Shown piece after piece: positions 37,033-44,300 of a DNA stretch of 64,000 nt. The stretch lies in contig NZ_DAMBYD010000005.1 of NCBI RefSeq assembly GCF_032051575.1, positions 153,528 through 217,527 of the forward strand, given 5' to 3'. A program made the translations under genes and the position numbers. How positions within the stretch are numbered: the first letter of the stretch is position 1; the number at the start of each line of letters is the position of its first letter. The notes under the pieces are model-generated. The model ran no database searches. It saw nothing but the letters and a program-made list of their open reading frames with translations, and had not been told where the DNA came from. The stretch is from Aminipila sp. GTDB taxonomy: Bacteria > Bacillota > Clostridia > Peptostreptococcales > Anaerovoracaceae.

Positions 37033-37593
37033 CTAATCTTCCTCCACATGAAAGCTTTGTACGACCTTCTCTCCCAGGAGCGTAAGGGCTGCACTTCCAA
37101 GCTCTATCTCTGCTCTATCACAGAGAAAACCGGGTTTACCTGTTCCATCTTCAACCGTTTCTATAAAATACTTATATAACTCAGATTCGGTATGTGTTGT
37201 ATAGTCGTAACCCTGCAATGAAATATCATAATCTAAAGAAATCAATCCCTTTTCTTCTAACTCTTTTAAAACGTTACCTATTTTTTTAACAGTTTCCATA
37301 CTATCCTTTAAAGTTCTTATATATACTGGAGCTAAACTGCTAAATCGTATGTGATGATTTTCACTGCTGCTCATCACAAATTCGCTAATTGGCAAGTAGG
37401 TAAATTCCTTTAATTCCAGTAAAATCTCTATTTCATCTTTGCTAAGGCTAATTGGTCCTTGTTCTTGCTTTGAACAACAGCCGCCACAATTTTCTTCCTG
37501 TTCATGACTATGCCCATGTGCGGTGCAGCTGCAGCCACAACCGTGTTCATGATGCGCATGCGATTGTTCATTAATTTCTTCGTTGTAACTCAT
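37033..37593 (-). CDS. Hypothetical protein with a His/Cys-rich N-terminus and a possible winged-helix C-terminal part
   Basis: 186 aa. Residues 11-42 are SHAHHEHGCGCSCTAHGHSHEQEENCGGCCSK. Later comes ...KKIGNVLKELEEKGLISLDYD. An SD (AAGGAGAA) precedes the ATG. I recognise no family. Confidence 0.6.
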   Translation of the reverse strand: MSYNEEINEQSHAHHEHGCGCSCTAHGHSHEQEENCGGCCSKQEQGPISLSKDEIEILLELKEFTYLPISEFVMSSSENHHIRFSSLAPVYIRTLKDSMETVKKIGNVLKELEEKGLISLDYDISLQGYDYTTHTESELYKYFIETVEDGTGKPGFLCDRAEIELGSAALTLLGEKVVQSFHVEED

Positions 37594-37697
37594 CTTTGTT
37601 CTCCTTGTCTCGATCCAATAAAATGGGAATGCACTATTGTAGTATATATTATCACATTATTATTAGAAAAAACTCTCTTTTTTAGAATTAAGCAATT

Positions 37698-37723
37698 CTA
37701 AAGTTAGCTTAAGCTAACTTTAG
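37698..37723. promoter_or_regulatory. Perfect 26-bp palindrome (candidate operator) overlapping the predicted transcription start of the His/Cys-rich protein gene
   Basis: CTAAAGTTAGCTT|AAGCTAACTTTAG has two perfect 13-nt arms. It lies immediately downstream of the predicted -10 element. Confidence 0.5.
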
Positions 37724-37727
37724 ATAT

Positions 37728-37757
37728 ATATTACCATGCTTTTTATTACAATGTCAA
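37728..37757 (-). promoter_or_regulatory. Sigma-A type promoter (extended -10) for the His/Cys-rich protein gene
   Basis: On the minus strand TTGACA-18 nt-TAATAT, with TG two nt upstream of the -10. Confidence 0.45.
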
Positions 37758-37868
37758 TACACTCTAAAAATTAAGATTCAGCTATTCTGTGTGAACTTTA
37801 ATGAAAATATTAATGCCCATTTTGGGAATAAAACAATTTAATTCTCAAAATGGACATTATTAAGTAAT

Positions 37869-38696
37869 CTATGCTTTTTTATAAACAAACCAATATGCTA
37901 TGCCGACAAAAATACCGCCACCAACTATATTGCCCAGTGTTACCGGAATCAGGTTATCTATGAAAAATCCACTCCATGTAAGCTGGTTTAAAGCTTCCGC
38001 GGAAATGTGTGATAATTCAACAAAGCTTTCATTAGCCTTTGCCATGATACCAGCTGGTATGTAATACATATTTGCCACACTATGTTCAAATCCCGAAGTT
38101 ATAAATAACCATATTGGAAAAAATATGCCTAATATTTTTCCTGCCATTGTGTCTGCTCCATATGACAGCCATACAGCTAAACAAACAAGCCAGTTACACA
38201 TAATGCCTAAATAAAATGCCTGCATAAAACTCAATCCCGTTTTATATGCAGCAATTTTTAAAGTAACTGCACCAAGTACATCTGCTCCGCTGGAGAACAA
38301 ACCTGACTGATACATCATATATGCTATTAATAATGAACCGATTAGATTTCCTATGTATACTATAACCCAATTTCGAAGCATGGTAGTGACCTTTACTCTT
38401 TTCTCGCATACAGCTGCAAGAATTAAAGTATTTCCCGTAAACAATTCACCACCACAAAGGACAACCAACATAAGACCTGTCCCAAAAATAGCACCAGCTA
38501 AAACTTTTCCTAATCCATACGTGGTGGGCTGATAAAATAAATTGAAGGCGGCCATGTTTGAGCCTTCTGCCGCAAAAGCAATAAATGCTCCTGCCATAAT
38601 ACTTAAAAATAATAGCTTAAAAAAACGTCCACCTGATTTTGCCACTCCGGTTTCTATGGTGTAATCAAGTATCTCAGCGGGTTTTAACGGCTTCAT
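37869..38696 (-). CDS. Formate/nitrite transporter (FNT) family channel
   Basis: 275 aa with both FNT signatures: LCGGELFTGN and GIMCNWLVCLAVW, plus GFEHSVANM. Confidence 0.9.
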   Translation of the reverse strand: MKPLKPAEILDYTIETGVAKSGGRFFKLLFLSIMAGAFIAFAAEGSNMAAFNLFYQPTTYGLGKVLAGAIFGTGLMLVVLCGGELFTGNTLILAAVCEKRVKVTTMLRNWVIVYIGNLIGSLLIAYMMYQSGLFSSGADVLGAVTLKIAAYKTGLSFMQAFYLGIMCNWLVCLAVWLSYGADTMAGKILGIFFPIWLFITSGFEHSVANMYYIPAGIMAKANESFVELSHISAEALNQLTWSGFFIDNLIPVTLGNIVGGGIFVGIAYWFVYKKA

Positions 38697-38937
38697 TCTT
38701 TTTCCTCCATTTGTAAAATACAGTATACAAAATTTTAACTTAATAAAAATCCCGACATGCCGTCAGGTTATAATTCACACCCTATCAGTAGATAGGGGGG
38801 TATCCTGCTTCCGCTTCTGTCTTCCACTGCTAAGGAGGCTTGACATAAGCTGCAAAGACTCGGATTCCCAAGGTCACAGTGTAGGTTGAATTATAATACC
38901 TTAACAAACACTTCAGGATTTCTTGCATTAATATTAT
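38697..38937 (-). promoter_or_regulatory. Structured GC-rich 5' leader of the FNT gene ending in an intrinsic terminator (riboswitch-like, class not recognised)
   Basis: On the minus strand, nested helices are CACTG...CAGTG, CTTGG-GAAT-CCGAG and CCCTATC-TACT-GATAGGG. The terminator CCTGAC-GGCAT-GTCGGG plus ATTTTTATT lies at 38742-38767. The segment is far more GC-rich than its flanks. Confidence 0.45.
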
Positions 38938-38943
38938 ATGTTT

Positions 38944-38971
38944 ATTATACTATTTCATTCAGATTTTGCAA
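38944..38971 (-). promoter_or_regulatory. Sigma-A type promoter of the FNT leader
   Basis: TTGCAA-16 nt-TATAAT on the minus strand. Confidence 0.4.
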
Positions 38972-39003
38972 TAGGTATAGACTAGTATCTTTTGGAAAAA
39001 CAA

Positions 39004-39981
39004 TTAAAAATCATCTTTTAAATAATAATTACAAACCTTATCCAGCTCTGAAGAAAATTGATATAAGTTATCCTCAATTTGCTCTTGATCAAACTGGTCA
39101 CGGTTTTCGTATATAGGTTGTATCAGTTCCTGCCATAAATTCTTTATGGTTATAAGCTGATCATAAATAAAATAATTCTCATTGTTGTCATAATCCGTTT
39201 CAATTTGCTCGATCTGTGATATATATGGTTGGAAATCTTTTAAACTATATAAAGATTCATCATACCATTGCATCTGATATGTATCATCGTAGAGCATTCT
39301 CAGATAACTTGTAATCAGACTCTCACTTCCCAAAGGACAGCTATCTATATTCTCTACAAGAGAACTATAAACAATAGGAGTCTCTGGGAAACTATAATCT
39401 GCTGTTTCTTCATATGCTTCATTAGTTTCCACATAACTATAATCGTCATGACTAGATGTGTTAACAAATGTTGTTATAAGAGCTAAAACAATCGTTATAA
39501 TTAATCCTGCAATTTTAATTATACTGGTCTTCTCTTCTTTAGAAGAATTAGAGAATTGCCGAAAAACTTTTTCTGCAGAATCCTTTACTTTTTTTATATC
39601 TTTCAAGCCTAAATATTCTGGGTCTTGATTAGTATATGTATCTGATGTATTTATATTTTCACTTATCGTATTCTCTTTAGTCTGCCCTGAACCTTCTTGA
39701 GTATAATTATCATATAATTCTTTTAGCGTACTTCCTTTTTTCTTTATGGTATCTTTTAGACTTTTATTTATTCTAGTCGTTCTTGTTAAAGTAACATCTT
39801 GCTTATATTTGGGGAGGTATGTAGAAAACCTACTAAAAATGCTTATAAATTTATCCCAAACGGAAAGACTTTCATAAAATTCGCAAGCATAATGACTGTA
39901 TTCAAGCTTAACAGGTCTGCCACAATGAGTACAAAATATGATGTTATTTCTTACTTCTTTTCCACAATGAACGCAACGCAT
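39004..39981 (-). CDS. Zinc-ribbon membrane protein, function unknown
   Basis: The N-terminus MRCVHCGKEVRNNIIFCTHCGRPV has CxxC-N13-CxxC. A single TM helix is IIKIAGLIITIVLALITTFV. The extracytoplasmic domain of about 150 aa is acidic and Tyr-rich. Confidence 0.6.
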   Translation of the reverse strand: MRCVHCGKEVRNNIIFCTHCGRPVKLEYSHYACEFYESLSVWDKFISIFSRFSTYLPKYKQDVTLTRTTRINKSLKDTIKKKGSTLKELYDNYTQEGSGQTKENTISENINTSDTYTNQDPEYLGLKDIKKVKDSAEKVFRQFSNSSKEEKTSIIKIAGLIITIVLALITTFVNTSSHDDYSYVETNEAYEETADYSFPETPIVYSSLVENIDSCPLGSESLITSYLRMLYDDTYQMQWYDESLYSLKDFQPYISQIEQIETDYDNNENYFIYDQLITIKNLWQELIQPIYENRDQFDQEQIEDNLYQFSSELDKVCNYYLKDDF

Positions 39982-40072
39982 AATGATTCCCCCTAACCCC
40001 GTAAAAAACGTATAAAATTATTATACCTTAAGTCATTTGATTAAACAATGATTATTAGAGTCTTCTCCTTCA

Positions 40073-40101
40073 TTGTTATATAGACCAAGTAATGATATAA
40101 T
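40073..40101 (+). promoter_or_regulatory. Promoter of the small toxin ORF (extended -10)
   Basis: TTGTTA-17 nt-TATAAT, with TGA immediately upstream of the -10 (TGATATAAT). Confidence 0.55.
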
Positions 40102-40156
40102 ATCTATAGGATTACCATTGGGTGGTTAGTCACTTCCTTATAAAGGGGGTGATGCT

Positions 40157-40246
40157 ATGGTTACATATGAAGGGCTTTTTGCCTATTCTCTTGTGATTGT
40201 TGGAATTATTTCCATTTGCATTACATTAATAATGCACAAAAAATAG
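40157..40246 (+). CDS. 29-aa hydrophobic peptide, BsrG/BsrE-like (holin-like) type I toxin candidate
   Basis: The ORF ATG...TAG encodes MVTYEGLFAYSLVIVGIISICITLIMHKK. The SD GGGGGTGA lies 5 nt upstream. It has one TM helix and a Lys-Lys C-terminus. It is below the ORF-track size cut-off. Confidence 0.65.
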   Translation: MVTYEGLFAYSLVIVGIISICITLIMHKK

Positions 40247-40335
40247 CACAGCCACCTAAATTAGCATTTTAGATGGCTTTCTTTGAACTTTGTTTTTGGA
40301 CTGACCACCATTGCAAAAGTGGTAATCCTTTTATT
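40238..40335 (-). ncRNA. Predicted cis-antisense RNA (antitoxin candidate) overlapping the toxin stop codon and 3' UTR
   Basis: It would be launched by the consensus promoter at 40342-40370. It ends at an 11-bp hairpin (40250-40278), which has G.U on the minus strand but a C.A mismatch on the plus strand, and then T6 (40238-40243). The 6-nt gap between stem and T run weakens the terminator call. Confidence 0.45.
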
Positions 40336-40341
40336 AATTTC

Positions 40342-40370
40342 ATTATATGTAGTTTCTAGCTATTAGTCAA
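40342..40370 (-). promoter_or_regulatory. Near-consensus sigma-A promoter convergent with the toxin ORF
   Basis: On the minus strand TTGACT-17 nt-TATAAT. No protein-coding ORF lies downstream of it. Confidence 0.55.
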
Positions 40371-40480
40371 CTATGTTTTAATGATATGCTATCTTTATTT
40401 TCAATCAAAATATTTTAACTCTAATTGAGGAAATTGCATAACTCCTCAATTACTAATTTATTAATTATATTTTACCTAGT

Positions 40481-40522
40481 AAAAACCCCTTACCGTATAG
40501 GAATAACCTAATCAATAAGGGG
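40481..40522 (-). terminator. Intrinsic terminator after yebC
   Basis: On the minus strand the outer stem is CCCCTTAT...GTAAGGGG and the inner stem is TAGG-TTATT-CCTA, followed by TTTTT. Confidence 0.55.
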
Positions 40523-40579
40523 TGTATAAACATAATTATTCCATATTGCTACAAACAATTAAATCATTTGAAATTCCAA

Positions 40580-41311
40580 TTATTCAAATTCTTCTAAATC
40601 AAGTGAACAATTGTGGTGAACTTTCTGAACGTCATCGTTATCTTCTAATATGTCAATCATCTTCTTAAGTTTTTTGATATCATGTTCATCTGTAGGGGCA
40701 CTTTCCATGGAAGGCACATATTCAATATCTGATTCAATCAATTCATAGCCTGCTGCTGTCAATGCACTATGTACATCTGTATATGCAGCTGGTTCAGTTT
40801 GGATTTCAAAAGAATCTTCATGAACAATCATATCCTCTGCTCCAGCTTCAAGAGCAGCTTCCATAAGAGCATCTTCATTTATATCACCAGTATTTTCGAT
40901 GATAATGACACCTTTTCTAGCAAACATATATGATACGCACCCTGGTGCTCCAAGGTTTCCACCATATTTATCAAAAGTTGATCTTACTGCTGCGGTAGTT
41001 CTGTTCTTGTTATCAGTTAACGCTTCAACTATAACAGCAACTCCTGCTACACCGTATCCTTCAAAACTTAATTCTTCATAAGTTTCACCTTCAAGTTCTC
41101 CAGTTCCCTTTTTGATAGCTCTGTTAATAGTATCATTTGGCAGATTAATGCCTTTAGCTTTTTCTATTGCCACTTTCAGTGACGCATTGTATTCTGGATC
41201 TCCACCGTTCTTAGCTGCTACTGTAATAGCCCTAGAGTATTTTGTAAATACCGCAGCTCTTTTTGAATCTTGTGCTGATTTACGTCCTGCGATTGTACCG
41301 TGTCTTCCCAT
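40580..41311 (-). CDS. yebC: YebC/PmpR family DNA-binding transcriptional regulator
   Basis: 243 aa. MGRHGTIAGRKSAQDSKRAAVFTK... is the canonical N-terminus of the family. Confidence 0.92.
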   Translation of the reverse strand: MGRHGTIAGRKSAQDSKRAAVFTKYSRAITVAAKNGGDPEYNASLKVAIEKAKGINLPNDTINRAIKKGTGELEGETYEELSFEGYGVAGVAVIVEALTDNKNRTTAAVRSTFDKYGGNLGAPGCVSYMFARKGVIIIENTGDINEDALMEAALEAGAEDMIVHEDSFEIQTEPAAYTDVHSALTAAGYELIESDIEYVPSMESAPTDEHDIKKLKKMIDILEDNDDVQKVHHNCSLDLEEFE

Positions 41312-41350
41312 GGAGACACCTCCTAACTTCTTTAAATTTCGACTCAGCCA

Positions 41351-44300
41351 TTATACTACTTTTTCACCTGAATTGCAATCCGACTTTTCCATATTTTTAT
41401 ACGCAGTGGCCATCATAAGTTTAATTCGGTTTAATTGGTTAACCTCACTGGCCCCTGGATCGTAATCCACGGCTACAATATTGGCATGGTTATTATATTT
41501 TCTTAATGCTTTCATCATTCCCTTTCCAGTCACATGGTTAGGAAGGCAGCCAAAAGGCTGAAGGCATATAATATTATTGACACCGCTATCAATAAGCTCC
41601 ATCATTTCCCCAGTAAGAAGCCAGCCTTCTCCACATTGATTTCCTAAAGAAATTAGTTGTTGGGCTTTTTGAGCAGTTTCTTCAATATAGTTTGGACCCC
41701 TAAACCGTTTGCTTTGGTTTAATGCACATCTTGCTGGCTCTCTAAGCTTTTCAATTAACTTTATTGCTAACTGATTTGCCACCATAGTACTGTATTTGCC
41801 AGCTAAATGTTTAAAATTAAATTCTTTACTATGCATACCATATAAGAAAAAGTCAATTAAATCAAGAACGACTGCTTCTCCGCCTTCGTTCTCAATAATA
41901 CGAACAATGTCATTATTGGCAGTAGGATGATATTTAACCAGAATTTCGCCTACTACACCAACTTTTGGCTTTTTTATATCCTGAAGTGGTAAATTATCAA
42001 AATCATACACGATCTGTTTTATTATGTGTTTGAAGGACATAATACTGCCATTTCTTATATTTTTATAAATAACATGTGACCATTTTTCATAAAGATTATC
42101 TGCAGAGCCAGGCACTTCTTCATAAGGTCTAGTTGAATAGAGCATACGCATTAGCGTGTCACCATATATAGCACCCAGTAAAATCCTCTTAATCATGGGC
42201 ATGGTTAACTTAAAACCACTATTTTTTTCAAGCCCCACCATATTGAAAGATATTACAGGTACCTGTTCCATTTTTAAGTCTATTAAAGCTTTACGTAATA
42301 ATGCCACATAGTTACTTGCTCTGCATCCACCACCTGTCTGAGACATGAATACTGCCGTTTTATTTAGATCATATTTACCGGATTTTAATTCCGAAATAAT
42401 TTGACCTAATGTAACAATAGTTGGATAACAAGCATCATTATTAATATATCTTAAGCCTTCATCTACTGCATTTTTATCAACGGAAGGAAGCAATCGAACA
42501 TTATATCCACACTTCTCTAAAGCGGGTGCTATAAAGTGAAAATGAATTGGAGACATCTGTGGAATTAGTATTGTATAATCCTTACGCATTTCTTTAGTAA
42601 ATACTTTTCTGACAAACTTACTTTCACAATCAATATGCCTTATATTGCTCTTTTCTCTTTCTTCAATGGCTGCTTTAAGGGAACGTATTCGTATTTTTGC
42701 TGCACCCAAATTTGAGCCTTCATCAATTTTTAAAACAGTATACATATTATTACTGTTTTTCATGATTTCCTCTACTTGATCTGTTGTTACAGCATCAAGC
42801 CCACATCCGAAAGAATTTAACTGCACAAGCTCAATATCATCATCTTTGCTTGCTACTAAAGCTGCTTTATAAAGTCTTGAATGATACATCCATTGATCCA
42901 ACACTCTAAGCGGCCTGTTTAGCTTTGCCAGATGTGCAATCGAATCCTCTGTTAACACAATCATATCAAAAGATGAAATTAATTTATCAATTCCGTGATT
43001 TATTTCAGGATCTAAATGGTATGGTCTGCCCGATAAGACGATACATTTTTTACTATTTTTTTTAGCATATCTTATGGCAAGGGCCCCTTGTTTCTTTATA
43101 TCATCCTTAAATGTTTTATTTTCTTTTCTACCTTTTTTTACAGCTTTTACAACTTCTGCATAAGTAACTCTTAAATGTTTTAGTATATTATGCAGTTCTC
43201 TAATTAAACTTTGGTCATCATCATAAGGTAAAAATGGATGTGTAAAAGTCACATCATGCTCTTCAAATATTTCGTCCATATTTTTGCCTATTACTTCAGG
43301 ATATGTAGCAACAATTGGGCAGTTATAGTGATTAGGAGCCGTTTCATCTTCGTTTATTTCATAGTTAATACTAGGATAAAATATCCATTTGACTCCCTGC
43401 TCTACCAGCCATTTTATATGACCGTGAACCATTTTGGCAGGATAACATGCTGTATCAGAAGAAATCGTATCCATTCCATGTTCATACATAGTTTTTGAAG
43501 ATGGAGGCGAAAGAACTACCCTGAATCCTAAACTTGTAAAGAAAGTAAACCAAAACGGATAATTCTCATACATGTTAAGTACTCTTGGAATTCCAACAAC
43601 TCCACGTTTTGCATACATATCTGCAATGGGCTCATATGCAAAGAGTCTTTTATATTTATATTCATATAGATTAGGAAGCTCATTTGCACTTCGCTCTTTA
43701 CCTGCTCCCTTATCGCATCTATTTCCCGTGATAAACTTGGCTCCACTATTAAATTTATTTATAGTGAGTAAGCACTGATTTTCACAGCCGTTACATCTAG
43801 TATGAGTATTTCTGACTGTAAAAAGTTCCATATCTTCAAGTTTAATAATGGAAGATTCTGTTCCTTTTACATAATGTTCTTTAGCAATAAGCGCAGCGCC
43901 GTAAGCTCCCATAATACCTGATATATCTGGTCTTACAACTTCCTTCCCTAAAATTTTCTCTATGCTCCTAAGAATTGCATCATTTAGAAAAGTGCCACCC
44001 TGAACGACTATCTTTTCACCAGCTTCATCTGTATTTCTAAGTTTAATCACTTTATAAAGTGCATTTTTAATAACTGAATAAGAAAGTCCTGCTGAAATGT
44101 CACCAATAGTTGCACCTTCCTTTTGCGATTGTTTTACCTTTGAATTCATGAATACTGTACATCTGGTACCTAAATCTACTGGCGCTTTGGCAAAAATAGC
44201 CTCTTTGGCAAAAGCCTTTACATCCATGTTAACAGATTTAGCATACGTTTCAATAAACGAGCCGCAACCAGAAGAACATGCTTCATTAAGCATGATATTA

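Noticed and set aside
38742-38890. Assigning the FNT leader to the ZTP (pfl), cobalamin, TPP or Moco riboswitch classes
   Set aside because: There is no CCGCCUGGGC pseudoknot element or GGGUCGUGAC-type core for ZTP. The only B12-box-like string (CCACTGC) is on the wrong (plus) strand. The TPP-like fragment AACCUGAC...GGGA lacks the CUGAGA/GGGGUGC partner elements. My recollection of the Moco consensus is too weak to support a call. It is left as unclassified.
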